Shown here in pieces: positions 42,988-52,712 of a stretch of 64,000 nucleotides of DNA (positions are counted from its first letter, which is position 1; each line of letters starts with the position of its first letter). The position numbers and the translations under genes are program-made. The stretch comes from Micropepsaceae bacterium (GTDB lineage: Bacteria > Pseudomonadota > Alphaproteobacteria > Micropepsales > Micropepsaceae): positions 71-64,070 of the forward strand of contig JBGOVA010000002.1 in the NCBI GenBank assembly GCA_041477875.1, written 5' to 3'. The notes under the pieces are model-generated. The model saw nothing but the letters and a program-made list of their open reading frames with translations. It was not told the origin of the DNA and ran no database searches.

Positions 42988-44346
42988 ATGGTCTTTACCG
43001 TCGCGATTGCCGGTCGCCCCAATGTGGGCAAGTCGACGCTGTTCAACCGGCTGACCGGGAAGCGCGCGGCCATCGTCGACGACACGCCGGGCGTTACGCG
43101 CGACTGGCGCGAGGGCGAAGCCCAGATCCTCAATTTGGGGTTTCGCGTGCTCGACACCGCGGGGCTCGACGATGCGAAGGCGACCGACTTGGCCGATCGC
43201 ATCCAAAAACAAACGCGCGCGGCGATCGAACAAGCCGACGCGCTGATCTTCCTCATCGACGGGCGCGAGGGCGTCACGCCGCACGATGCCGACATCGCGC
43301 GCATGCTGCGGCGCGCGGGAAAGCCCATCATTCTGGCCGTCAACAAATGCGACACGCGGGCGTCCGAACGCGGCATCGCGGAAGCCGAGCGTCTTGGCTT
43401 CGGCGAGCCGGTCGAGCTCTCTGCAGCGCACGGTACAGGGATCGACGAACTCTACCGCTCGCTGTTGGCGATCGCGCCGGCCGACGCGATCGACGAAGCG
43501 GAGGACGACGAGGAAGAGGCGAAGGCGCGGCCTCTGTCGATTGCGATCACCGGTCGGCCGAACGCGGGCAAGTCGACGCTCTTGAACAGGTTGCTCGGCA
43601 GCGAGCGCTCGATCACGGGCCCCGAAGCCGGGATCACGCGCGATGCCGTCGTGGCCGAATGGAACTGGGGCGGGCGGAAGATAAAGCTCGTCGACACGGC
43701 GGGTTTGCGGCGCAAGGCGAAGGTCGACGAAGACCTCGAAAAACTGTCGGTCGCGGATGCGCTCGCGTCGATCAAGATGGCCGAGGTTGTGATCCTGGTC
43801 GTCGACGCGGCGATCCCGTTCGAAACGCAAGATTTGCAGATCGCCGATCTTGTCGAGCGCGAAGGACGCGTGATGGTCGTCGCGGTCAACAAGTGGGACC
43901 TGGTCGAAGACAAGGCCACCTTGCTCAAGACGCTGAGGGCCCGCGTCGATCAGTTGCTGCCGCAATGGAAGGGCGTGCCCATCGTCGCGATGTCGGCGGC
44001 GTCGGGCGAGGGCGTCGATCTGCTGATGCCTGCCGTGCTCAAGCAGCACGAAATTTGGAACAAGCGCGTCTCGACGCACCGCTTGAACGAGTGGCTCGAG
44101 ATGATGCTCGAGCGCCACTCGCCGCCCGCGCCGAAGGGGCGGCGCATTCGTATTCGCTACATAACGCAGGCGCGCACTAGGCCGCCGACGTTCGCGATTT
44201 CATCGAGCCAGGCGGGCGAATTGCCGGGCGACTACGCACGCTATCTCGTAAACGGTCTGCGCGAGGACTTCGGCTTCACAGGCGTGCCGATCCGGATGAA
44301 GGTGAAGGTGAGCGAGAACCCGTATGCGAAGGGGAAGCGGGGCTAA
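42988..44346 (+). CDS. der: Ribosome biogenesis GTPase Der (EngA)
   Basis: There are two G domains (GRPNVGKSTLFN and GRPNAGKSTLLN) plus a KH-like C-terminus. Confidence 0.95.
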   Translation: MVFTVAIAGRPNVGKSTLFNRLTGKRAAIVDDTPGVTRDWREGEAQILNLGFRVLDTAGLDDAKATDLADRIQKQTRAAIEQADALIFLIDGREGVTPHDADIARMLRRAGKPIILAVNKCDTRASERGIAEAERLGFGEPVELSAAHGTGIDELYRSLLAIAPADAIDEAEDDEEEAKARPLSIAITGRPNAGKSTLLNRLLGSERSITGPEAGITRDAVVAEWNWGGRKIKLVDTAGLRRKAKVDEDLEKLSVADALASIKMAEVVILVVDAAIPFETQDLQIADLVEREGRVMVVAVNKWDLVEDKATLLKTLRARVDQLLPQWKGVPIVAMSAASGEGVDLLMPAVLKQHEIWNKRVSTHRLNEWLEMMLERHSPPAPKGRRIRIRYITQARTRPPTFAISSSQAGELPGDYARYLVNGLREDFGFTGVPIRMKVKVSENPYAKGKRG

Positions 44347-44363
44347 GCGGGGGGAGGCGTGCG

Positions 44364-44747
44364 TTGGGCAACGTGAAGACATACCAAGGCTCTTGCCATT
44401 GCGGCCGCGTCCGCTTCGAGGTTGATGTCGACCTGGATCATGTCCGATCGTGCGACTGTTCGATTTGTCGAAGGCGGGGGGCGCTCATCCATCGGGTCGA
44501 GGCCGACCGGCTTCGCATTCTCACGCCTCTTGAAGATATGACGCTCTATCAATGGCACACGCGTACCGCCGAAGATTATTTCTGTCCGACGTGCGGTATC
44601 CTCCCTTTCAGGCGGCCGCGCCACCGAACGCCTGCAGAGCACGGCGCTCCCGAGTTCACGGGGTGGGGCGTCAACGTCCGCTGCCTCGACGGCGTGGATC
44701 TCGATGCGATTCCTGTGAAGCGCGTCCACGGGAGCAAGCTTCCCTAG
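44364..44747 (+). CDS. GFA (glutathione-dependent formaldehyde-activating/CENP-V) family protein
   Basis: GSCHCGRVRFEV...CDCSIC...FCPTCG is the zinc-binding Cys pattern. The start is TTG or GTG and is uncertain. Confidence 0.8.
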   Translation: MGNVKTYQGSCHCGRVRFEVDVDLDHVRSCDCSICRRRGALIHRVEADRLRILTPLEDMTLYQWHTRTAEDYFCPTCGILPFRRPRHRTPAEHGAPEFTGWGVNVRCLDGVDLDAIPVKRVHGSKLP

Positions 44748-44753
44748 GTGCCG

Positions 44754-45461
44754 TCAGCGAGCCGTGACGATCTCGCCGTTGCGCGTTTCGGTGCGCAGGG
44801 CCAGTTCGATGATTTGCGGCGCGATGTCTTCGGGCGTGCGCAGTTTCAGCGGGTCTTCGCCGGGGAAGGCTTTGGCGCGCATGCCGGTTCTGATCGGTCC
44901 CGGGTTGAAGAGGTTCGCGCGGACTTTCGTCGAGGCGCATTCGGCGGCGTAGGTTTTGATGAGAGCGTCAAGCGCCGCCTTTGTCGCGCTGTAGGTCGCC
45001 CAGTAGGCGCGGGTGTTTTGCGCGGCGCCTGAGGTGATGAAGACCGCGCGGCCGGCATCCGACGCCTTGAGCAGCGGATCGAGGAATTGGATCAGGCGCA
45101 GGTTCGCGTTGACGTTGACCTCCATCGCCTCGATCCAGTTTTTCGGATCGATGCCGGTCACCGGCGTCAGAGGACCCAGGAAGCCGGCGTTGCCGATCAG
45201 GATGTCGAGCTTGCGCCAGCGATTTGCGATCGCATCGGCGAGGCGCGGCACCGCTTGGCCGTCTTTGAGGTCGAGGGGGACGAGCGTCGCGCTCGATCCC
45301 GCGCGTTTGATTTCGTCGTCGAGCTCTTCGAGGGCGCCGGCCGTACGCGCGACGGCAATAACGTGAGCGCCTTCACGCCCGAGCGCGACGGCGACCGCGC
45401 GACCGATGCCGCGCGACGCACCGGTGACGAGGGCGACGCGGCCTGTGAGGCGCGCGGTCAC
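44754..45461 (-). CDS. SDR-family oxidoreductase
   Basis: The GTG start overlaps the purF stop (GTGA). TGASRGIG, NAG and the catalytic YSATKAA are present. Confidence 0.85.
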   Translation of the reverse strand: MTARLTGRVALVTGASRGIGRAVAVALGREGAHVIAVARTAGALEELDDEIKRAGSSATLVPLDLKDGQAVPRLADAIANRWRKLDILIGNAGFLGPLTPVTGIDPKNWIEAMEVNVNANLRLIQFLDPLLKASDAGRAVFITSGAAQNTRAYWATYSATKAALDALIKTYAAECASTKVRANLFNPGPIRTGMRAKAFPGEDPLKLRTPEDIAPQIIELALRTETRNGEIVTAR

Positions 45462-46915
45462 ACCGCCAAAAGCGACAACTGGCCGTTGTCGGTTTCGCTG
45501 TCGCGGTCGGTGAGGCTTGTGGGGTATTCGCCGGTGAAGCAGGCGTCGCAGTAGCGCGTCGTCGTGCCGTCGCGGCGGTTTTGGCGGAGCGCGCGGTAGA
45601 GGCCGTTGATCGAGATGAAGTGCAGCGAGTCCGCGCCGATGAAGCGGCACATCTCGGCGACCGTATAGTTCGCGGCGAGAAGGTTCTTCTTCTCCGGCGT
45701 GTCGACACCGTAGAAGCAGCTGTCCGTCGTCGGCGGACTGGCGATGCGCATGTGCACTTCGGCGGCGCCCGCGTCGCGCACCATCTTGATGATCTTCTTC
45801 GAAGTGGTGCCGCGCACGATGGAATCGTCGACCAGGATCACGCGTTTGCCTTTGATGCGCGCGCGGTTGGCGTTGTGCTTCAGCTTCACGCCGAGGTGGC
45901 GGATGTGGTCGGACGGCTCGATGAAGGTTCGCCCGACATAGTGGTTGCGGATGATGCCGAATTCGAAGGGGAGGTTCGACGCTTCGGCGTAGCCGAGGGC
46001 GCCGGGCACACCGGAGTCGGGGACCGGCACGACCATGTCGGCATCGACCGGGGCTTCGCGCGCGAGTTCGGCGCCGATCGCCTTGCGCACTTCGTAAACG
46101 CCGAGCCCTTCGATGATGCTGTCGGGCCTGGCGAAATAGACGTATTCGAAGATGCAGAAGCGCTGGCGCTGCGGCGGGAAGGGCTTGAACGACTGCAGGC
46201 CTTCGTCGGAGATGACGACGAGTTCGCCGGGCTCGACGTCGCGCACGTATTCCGCGTCGATGATGTCGAGCGCGCAGGTTTCGGAGGCGAGCACATAGGC
46301 GCCGTCGACTTTGCCGATAACGAGCGGGCGTACGCCCAGAGGATCGCGCACGCCGATCAGCTTCGAGCGCGTGAGCGCCACGAGCGAATAGGCGCCCTCG
46401 ACCTGCTTCAACGCGTCGACCAAACGTTCGACCGTCGGACCCGCGGTCGAGGTCGCGACGAGGTGCACGATACATTCGGTGTCGGAGGTCGAATAGAAGA
46501 TCGAGCCTTGGCGCACGAGGCGTTTGCGCAGTGCATGTGCGTTCGTCAGGTTGCCGTTGTGCGCGACGGCGATGCCGCCCGACGCGACGTCGGCGAAGAA
46601 GGGTTGGATGTTGCGGTTGAGCGAGCCGCCGGTCGTCGAGTAGCGCACGTGGCCGATGGCGTTGGCGCCCTTGAGCTTGGCGATCGGGCCGCCGACCGAG
46701 AACTGATCGCCGACCAGGCCCTCGCGCCGCTCCATGTGGAAGTGCTCGCCGTCGAACGTGGCGATGCCCGCCGCCTCCTGACCCCTATGCTGAAGCGCGT
46801 GCAGCCCCAGGGCCACGAAGGCCGAAGCCTCGGGCCTGCCCCAGATGCCAAAGATCCCGCACTCCTCGTGGAGCTTGTCGTCCGCGAAGGGGTTGGTCGA
46901 TATCTCTGTGCTCAT
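45458..46915 (-). CDS. purF: Amidophosphoribosyltransferase
   Basis: The N-terminal region is ...LHEECGIFGI, the PRPP loop is VILVDDSIVRGTT, and the C-terminal Cys ligands are present. Confidence 0.95.
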   Translation of the reverse strand: MSTEISTNPFADDKLHEECGIFGIWGRPEASAFVALGLHALQHRGQEAAGIATFDGEHFHMERREGLVGDQFSVGGPIAKLKGANAIGHVRYSTTGGSLNRNIQPFFADVASGGIAVAHNGNLTNAHALRKRLVRQGSIFYSTSDTECIVHLVATSTAGPTVERLVDALKQVEGAYSLVALTRSKLIGVRDPLGVRPLVIGKVDGAYVLASETCALDIIDAEYVRDVEPGELVVISDEGLQSFKPFPPQRQRFCIFEYVYFARPDSIIEGLGVYEVRKAIGAELAREAPVDADMVVPVPDSGVPGALGYAEASNLPFEFGIIRNHYVGRTFIEPSDHIRHLGVKLKHNANRARIKGKRVILVDDSIVRGTTSKKIIKMVRDAGAAEVHMRIASPPTTDSCFYGVDTPEKKNLLAANYTVAEMCRFIGADSLHFISINGLYRALRQNRRDGTTTRYCDACFTGEYPTSLTDRDSETDNGQLSLLAV

Positions 46916-47632
46916 TTACGGTTTCGTCGTGGAGCGGACGAGCTGATCCATAGCGCGGCGGTCGCCCGCGTCATAGGACTTACTCTTACCCCCACTGCCT
47001 TCGTTGTCGGTTTTTTCCACAGGTGCGGCCGGTTTTGCTTTTGTTTCCGGCTTCGCGGCGGCGCCGTTTTCGGCGTGTTTGGTTTCGACTGTCGTTTCCT
47101 GGGCAGTGTCCGGCACTTCGGCGGTTTCTTGTTCCGTGTCCGCTTTCTTCTTGTTGCCGCCGAGTGAGCGTATGACGTCGGCGGTTCCTTTGATGACGGG
47201 TAAGAGGCGCGCCTCGCGCAACCACTCGGGGTGGTCCTTGGGCGTGGCGAGCGAGGAGAAGGTCAGGTAGCCGAGGCCCACGACCAGAAGGCCGCGCGCG
47301 ATGCCGAAGACGAAGCCGAGCGAGCGGTCGAGGGGGCCTGCATGCGTGCCGCGGACCAATTCCTGGACGCGGAAGCTGACGAAGGAGATCGGAATCAGCA
47401 GGATCAGGAATATGCCGAGCAGGCCCAGGATGTCGGCCAGCAGCTGCGGTTCGACGAGGGAGCGTGCGAAGGGTTTGGCGACCGGCCAGAAGAATACTGC
47501 ACCGAGCGCCGCGACCAGCCACGACGAGACCGACAACGCCTCTTTCATGAAACCGCGATAGGTCGCGATGAGCCCGGAGATCAACAAAATCCCCAGCAGT
47601 ACGAAATCAACGATCGTCAGCGGGATCTCCAT
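46916..47632 (-). CDS. cvpA: CvpA family membrane protein with K/E/T-rich C-terminal tail
   Basis: The CvpA TM core is present. It occupies the conserved radA-cvpA-purF position. Its stop codon directly abuts the purF start. Confidence 0.85.
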   Translation of the reverse strand: MEIPLTIVDFVLLGILLISGLIATYRGFMKEALSVSSWLVAALGAVFFWPVAKPFARSLVEPQLLADILGLLGIFLILLIPISFVSFRVQELVRGTHAGPLDRSLGFVFGIARGLLVVGLGYLTFSSLATPKDHPEWLREARLLPVIKGTADVIRSLGGNKKKADTEQETAEVPDTAQETTVETKHAENGAAAKPETKAKPAAPVEKTDNEGSGGKSKSYDAGDRRAMDQLVRSTTKP

Positions 47633-47670
47633 GGCGATAACAACGCTACCATAGATGTCGAACCATTGGG

Positions 47671-49032
47671 TTAATGAACCGTTTTCAAGAGTGCAACGAG
47701 TGCGGCCACCGAAGGCACGTGCGTGACTTCTAAGCCCTTCGGAGCGGAAACGCCCGGCGGCACAAACGCACGCCTAAAGCCTAGCTTTTGCGCCTCTTTC
47801 AGACGTGCCTCTGCTTGACCCACTGCGCGCACGGTGCCGGATAAACTGATCTCGCCAAAAAAAACGCAATCGGGCGGAACGACGACGCCGAAGTGCGATG
47901 AAACGAGCGCACCCGCCGCCGCGAGGTCGGCCGCCGGCTCGCCGATGCGTAAGCCGCCGGCGACGTTGAGATAGACGTCCTGCGCCGAAATTCCAATTTC
48001 CGCGCGCGAATCCAGAACGGCGAGGACCATGGCGAGTCGGGACGCGTCCCAGCCGACGACGGCGCGGCGCGGCGCGCCGTAGCTCGCCTGGGCTACCAAG
48101 GCTTGGATCTCAACGAGCAGGGGGCGCGTGCCCTCGACCCCCGCGAAGACGGTGGCGCCGGAGGCGCGCGCTTCCTTCGGCCCCAAAAAAAGCGCCGAGG
48201 GGTTGGCGACCTCCGCAAGGCCGGATTCCAGCATCTCGAAGACGCCGATTTCGTCGGTCGGCCCGAATCGATTCTTAACCGCACGCAGGATGCGAAATTC
48301 GTGGCCGCGCTCGCCTTCGAAATAGAGCACGGCGTCGACCATGTGCTCGACGACGCGAGGGCCGGCGATCTGGCCATCCTTGGTGACGTGGCCGATGAGG
48401 AGGAGGGCGGTGCCGCGGCGCTTGGCATAACGGATCAGCTCCTGCGCGCAGGCCCGCACCTGGCTGACCGTACCGGGCGCGGACTCGATGGCGTCCGACC
48501 ACACGGTCTGGATCGAATCGACGACAAGGGCTGCGGGCGCGTTGCCGGCGTCGAGGGTCGAAAGGATGTCGCGCAGGCTGGTCTCGGCCGCGAGTTGGAC
48601 CTTGGAGTCCTCAAGGCCGAGGCGCTTTGCGCGCAGGCGCGTTTGATCGACGCCTTCCTCGCCGGAGATATAGACGGCCGACTTGCCGGATTTGGCGAGC
48701 GCCGTCAGCGCCTGCAGCAACAACGTCGATTTGCCGATGCCCGGATCGCCGCCGATGAGCAGCGCCGAACCCGGCACGAGGCCGCCCCCCGAGACGCGGT
48801 CGAACTCGGCGATACCGGTCAGAAGGCGAGGCGGCGGCGGCGATGTGCCGGCGACCGACTCAAGCGCGATAACGCGCCCGCCGCGCGCCGAGGTTTTCGC
48901 GCCGGGGATCGCCGCGGCGTCGGCCTCCTCGGCCAGCGAATTCCACGAGCCGCAGTTTTCGCACCGCCCGCTCCATTTCGGATAGGCGGCGGCACAGGAC
49001 TGGCAGACGTAGCGGGGGGCAGGGCGGGCCAT
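47671..49032 (-). CDS. radA: DNA repair protein RadA
   Basis: The zinc finger is CQSCAAAYPKWSGRCENCGSWN, Walker A is GDPGIGKSTLL, the KNRFG motif is present, and there is a Lon-like C-terminus. Confidence 0.95.
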   Translation of the reverse strand: MARPAPRYVCQSCAAAYPKWSGRCENCGSWNSLAEEADAAAIPGAKTSARGGRVIALESVAGTSPPPPRLLTGIAEFDRVSGGGLVPGSALLIGGDPGIGKSTLLLQALTALAKSGKSAVYISGEEGVDQTRLRAKRLGLEDSKVQLAAETSLRDILSTLDAGNAPAALVVDSIQTVWSDAIESAPGTVSQVRACAQELIRYAKRRGTALLLIGHVTKDGQIAGPRVVEHMVDAVLYFEGERGHEFRILRAVKNRFGPTDEIGVFEMLESGLAEVANPSALFLGPKEARASGATVFAGVEGTRPLLVEIQALVAQASYGAPRRAVVGWDASRLAMVLAVLDSRAEIGISAQDVYLNVAGGLRIGEPAADLAAAGALVSSHFGVVVPPDCVFFGEISLSGTVRAVGQAEARLKEAQKLGFRRAFVPPGVSAPKGLEVTHVPSVAALVALLKTVH

Positions 49033-49083
49033 GGGGTGCTCATCGAATGTCGGCGGTGTCTAGCACAAACCAAACCCTTCGGA

Positions 49084-49419
49084 TCAGGGTGCGAATTTCT
49101 TCAGAAGTGCGGTCACGGCCGCGCGATCCTTTGCGGATATCGCCCCGATTCGGCGCTGAATGAGCGACTCAGAAATCGCCGCGAGTCTTGCGACGCGGAT
49201 TGCACATGCAACGGGCAGCCCGGCCTTTCCCGGATCGGTCACGACGATGTCGTCCGTGCGGCCGCCGGCCTCAGCGGATGAAATCATGACGATCCAGTAG
49301 ATCTTGTGGAAGTCATGCAGTCGGGCCGTCGACACGACCAGTCCCGGCCGCCTCTTTGAGTCCATTCCTTCGACAAATGGAAAATCGACGGCGACGACGT
49401 CCCACCGGTTATAGGTCAC
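49084..49419 (-). CDS. mazF: PemK/MazF-family type II toxin
   Basis: WDVVAVDFPF......KRRPGLVV is the MazF N-terminal pattern. It overlaps the antitoxin gene by 11 nt. Confidence 0.8.
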   Translation of the reverse strand: MTYNRWDVVAVDFPFVEGMDSKRRPGLVVSTARLHDFHKIYWIVMISSAEAGGRTDDIVVTDPGKAGLPVACAIRVARLAAISESLIQRRIGAISAKDRAAVTALLKKFAP

Positions 49420-49639
49420 GGAAAGCCTCGTCGTCCTCCTTGCTGTTCCAGTCCGAGAAGGCCTCCTGCGCCAACTTCAGAAACGCTGCATCGAGCCGAT
49501 CGGCCTTGGCCAGCGTGACGCCGCCTTTGCCGACCTTGAATTCGACGAGATCGCCGGATTTAAGGCCCAACCGCCTGCGCACAGACACGGGGATGGTCGT
49601 CTGGCCCTTTGACGTGACCTTGCTCAACAGCTTGTTCAC
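49409..49639 (-). CDS. mazE: AbrB/MazE/SpoVT-family antitoxin
   Basis: SKVTSKGQTTIPVSVRRRLGLKSGDLVEF is the swapped-hairpin AbrB motif. The start is GTG. Confidence 0.8.
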   Translation of the reverse strand: MNKLLSKVTSKGQTTIPVSVRRRLGLKSGDLVEFKVGKGGVTLAKADRLDAAFLKLAQEAFSDWNSKEDDEAFRDL

Positions 49640-49649
49640 GGCTCATACC

Positions 49650-49668
49650 CCTTACGTATTACGTAAGG
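49650..49668. promoter_or_regulatory. Perfect 9-1-9 palindrome CCTTACGTA-T-TACGTAAGG (candidate MazE/MazEF operator)
   Basis: It lies 11-29 nt upstream of the mazE start codon. This is the classical autoregulation position for a type II TA system. Confidence 0.55.
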
Positions 49669-49855
49669 AATGATAAGACGTCGGGCGTTAAAAAACAAGC
49701 GGCGCGGTGGTTCGCGTTGGCGCACGAGGGAGAAAACCCCGGATGCAATGCCGCGACGTGGGCACAGGTCTCCGACAGGCTGAAAATCGTCGCCAAAGGC
49801 AAGCTAAGCCCGCTTCGGATTTACACCATCGAGCAGCAGCGGCCCTTGATTGGTC

Positions 49856-50971
49856 TTAGGCGGGTGCGCGATCCGCCTGCGCTTCCGGGATGAGCGCGCG
49901 CATGCGGTTGGCGAACGAGGCAAGGCATACCTCTTTGGGCGAGAGCGGGCCCTTGGTGTAGCTTGACGAGGCCATGCCGGCTTGGACGCCTTCGACCAGC
50001 GCCGTGTCTTCGGCGTTCACTTGGCGGTTGATGCGCCAGTTGAGATAGCGCGCGGCGGTCAGTTCGCGGCTCGCGTGCGGGTAGACATAGGCGATCTCGC
50101 GGATCAGCGTTTCGGTCGGCGACACCGGAATGAACTGCATGAAATCGACCTGGTCGGGATAGATGTCGAAGGCGACGTTCGGCCAGAGCTTGTAATAGGC
50201 CCACAGGCGGCGGCGGTCGGCCGGCACGTGCGTGAAGCCGGAGAGCAGTTCCTGATACGCGCGCTCGGACCAATTCTCCGATGCGTTCTGCTGCAGCTCG
50301 CCCGACATCTTGTCGACCCATTCGCGCGCTTCGATCTTGTAGGTCGAACCGAAGAGGCGGCTGAGGCCCGGGTGCGCCACGCCGATATGCATGCCGTCGG
50401 AATAATTGTCGGCGATGTTCTTCCAGTTCACCTTGCGCGGGCGGAGCGTCACGCGGCCGTTGGGCACGAGCGTCTCGAGCGCGTAGGGTTCGAGCTCGCG
50501 CGCGTAGGGCGCCATCATCTCGGCAACGCCGGGCAAGCCCTTCTCGAAGCGCACGAAGATGAAGCCTTGGAAGATTTCCTGCTCCACGGGGTGGAGGCCG
50601 TGTTTCGTCTTGTCGAGATCGTCGAAGCCTTGCCATTTCGGGATGCCGGCGAGGCGGCCGTCGAGGCCGTAGCTCCAGGCGTGGTAGGGACAGACAAGGC
50701 GATGGCCGCACGAGCCGCGCGACGCCGGCGCCACCTTCGCCGCGCGATGGCGGCAGACGTTGTGGAAGCTGCGGAGCGTGCCCGCCGCATCGCGCAGCGT
50801 GACGACGCGCTCACCCAGCACGTCGAGCGTGACGTAGTCGCCGGCGTTGGGCGCGTCGCTGACATGGCCCACGATGTGCCACGTCTGGCGGAAGATCTTG
50901 GCCCGCTCCAGTTCGAAGAATTTTGGGTCGGTGTAGATCCAGGCGGGAAGGCTTGTGCCGTGCATCGGCAA
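49856..50971 (-). CDS. Rieske [2Fe-2S] aromatic-ring-hydroxylating oxygenase alpha subunit
   Basis: The Rieske motif is CRHRAAKV...CPYHAWSY. The catalytic domain has DNYSDGMHIGVAH. Confidence 0.85.
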   Translation of the reverse strand: MPMHGTSLPAWIYTDPKFFELERAKIFRQTWHIVGHVSDAPNAGDYVTLDVLGERVVTLRDAAGTLRSFHNVCRHRAAKVAPASRGSCGHRLVCPYHAWSYGLDGRLAGIPKWQGFDDLDKTKHGLHPVEQEIFQGFIFVRFEKGLPGVAEMMAPYARELEPYALETLVPNGRVTLRPRKVNWKNIADNYSDGMHIGVAHPGLSRLFGSTYKIEAREWVDKMSGELQQNASENWSERAYQELLSGFTHVPADRRRLWAYYKLWPNVAFDIYPDQVDFMQFIPVSPTETLIREIAYVYPHASRELTAARYLNWRINRQVNAEDTALVEGVQAGMASSSYTKGPLSPKEVCLASFANRMRALIPEAQADRAPA

Positions 50972-51055
50972 AACCTACGCGATGGGCGCGATGCACGGCA
51001 ACTGAATCATGCTAGCCTGGCCGGAGACCGATCAGCGCGGAGGCTTGCGGGGAAC

Positions 51056-51472
51056 ATGATGAGAGCGTCCATTCGGAACGTGCTCCCGGCCATTTTGATG
51101 ATGTTTGCGCTCGCGGCGCCGGCGCACGCGGCGCAGTGGGTGGCGACGAGCGATTCGTGGTTTTGGATCGATCTCGACAGCCGCACCACACAGGCCGGCG
51201 TGACCTACTACGCCGAGGTTCACAGCGCGCAAGGCGGCGTGTCGCCGGACGTGGGCGGTATCGCCGGCGGCCTCACGCCCGAATTGAATCACGGCATCAA
51301 TTGCACGACGGGCCAAGTCTACAGCCACATCATGACCAACAACGACGAGTGGATGAAATCGCTCGACGACGAAAACAGCACGGTGGAGCCGCAATACGCC
51401 TGGGTCGAGAGGACGGCGGAAACGCGCGCGGAAGCACTGGCGGAGACAAAGCGCATCATTTGCAATCGGTAG
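51056..51472 (+). CDS. Hypothetical secreted protein (138 aa)
   Basis: This uses the internal ATG (MMRASIRNVLPAILMMFALAAPAHA, a signal peptide). I recognise no family. Confidence 0.5.
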   Translation: MMRASIRNVLPAILMMFALAAPAHAAQWVATSDSWFWIDLDSRTTQAGVTYYAEVHSAQGGVSPDVGGIAGGLTPELNHGINCTTGQVYSHIMTNNDEWMKSLDDENSTVEPQYAWVERTAETRAEALAETKRIICNR

Positions 51473-51479
51473 CGCTGCC

Positions 51480-52712
51480 GTGAGTGACGGCCAAACGCGC
51501 AAGAGCGTTCATCCTTCGGTATTTCTCATCCTGTTCCTACCGTTCGGGATTTCGAGCGGCTATGTGATCGTGACGCTCGGTTGGCTGCTCGCACACAACG
51601 GCGTCAGCACGGTCGAGATCGCGGGTCTCGTCGCGGTCAGCTATCTGCCGCATACGTTCAAGGTGTTTTGGGCGCCGGTGATCGACACCACGCTCAGCAA
51701 TCGCACGTGGTATTTGCTTTCGACGGCCGTCACCGGCGTGCTGACGATCGTGTCGGGCCTCGTGCCGATGGACACCGCGCATTTGCCGCTGATGAGCGCG
51801 CTGGTGTTTTCTTTCAACGTGTCCCTGACGTTTCTCGGCATGTCGGTCGAGAGTTTGATGGCGCACGCGACGCCGGAGGAACAGAAGGGGCGCGTCGGCG
51901 GCTGGTTTCAGGCGGGCAATCTCGGCGGGCAGGGCTTGGGCGGCGGGCTCGGCCTGTGGCTTGCGCAATACTTCGACGCGCCGTGGATTGCGGGCGTGGG
52001 CCTCGGCGCGGTCAGCCTTGCGTGCGCGCTGGGGCTTTTCTTCGTGACGCAGCCGCTGCGCGAGCCCCACAAGGTCAACTATCTCTCGACGCTCGGCGAT
52101 CTGTTGCGCGACGTATGGAGCGTGGTGCGCTCGCGTGCAGGCGCGCTCGCCGTACTGATCTTCTTCCTGCCCATCGGATCGGGGTCGGCGCAGAATCTGT
52201 GGTCGGCCGTCGCCAACGACTGGCATGCCTCGGTTGAAGCGGTCGAGCTCGTCAACGGCATTTTCAGCGGGTTGATCTCGGCCGCCGGTTGCCTCGTCGG
52301 CGGCTATGCCTGCGACCGGATGGATCGGCGAACGGCCTATGCCGTGTTCGGCCTTCTGCTCGCGGTTTGCGCGGTGATGATGGCCTTCGCGCCGCGCACC
52401 GAGCTGATGTTCGTGCTGTTCACCAGCCTCTATGCCTTCATCGTCGGTTTGACCTATGCGGGGTTCACGGCGGTCGTGCTCGAGGCGATCGGCAAGGGCG
52501 CGGCGGCTACGAAGTACAATCTCTTCGCCTCGCTCGCGAACATGCCGATCGCGTGGGTGACGACACTCGACGGGTACGCGCGCACGCGCTGGGGCACGGA
52601 AGCCATGCTGCTCGCCGACGCCGGTGCGGGCGTTGTCGGGATCATTCTCTTTGCCGCCATCGCCCTCGCGACGCGGCGGCGCGCCGGCAAACTGCAACAG
52701 GCCGCGCTTTAG
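51480..52712 (+). CDS. MFS transporter, AmpG/PAT-family-like
   Basis: It has 12 TM helices. LPFGISSGYV...LPHTFKVFWAPVID resembles the AmpG N-terminal motif. The start is GTG. Confidence 0.7.
   Translation: MSDGQTRKSVHPSVFLILFLPFGISSGYVIVTLGWLLAHNGVSTVEIAGLVAVSYLPHTFKVFWAPVIDTTLSNRTWYLLSTAVTGVLTIVSGLVPMDTAHLPLMSALVFSFNVSLTFLGMSVESLMAHATPEEQKGRVGGWFQAGNLGGQGLGGGLGLWLAQYFDAPWIAGVGLGAVSLACALGLFFVTQPLREPHKVNYLSTLGDLLRDVWSVVRSRAGALAVLIFFLPIGSGSAQNLWSAVANDWHASVEAVELVNGIFSGLISAAGCLVGGYACDRMDRRTAYAVFGLLLAVCAVMMAFAPRTELMFVLFTSLYAFIVGLTYAGFTAVVLEAIGKGAAATKYNLFASLANMPIAWVTTLDGYARTRWGTEAMLLADAGAGVVGIILFAAIALATRRRAGKLQQAAL

Noticed and set aside
44754-46475. A 573-aa ORF extending the SDR gene.
   Set aside because: The upstream 338 aa overlap purF in another frame with junk composition. 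The SDR starts at the GTG at 45461, coupled to the purF stop.
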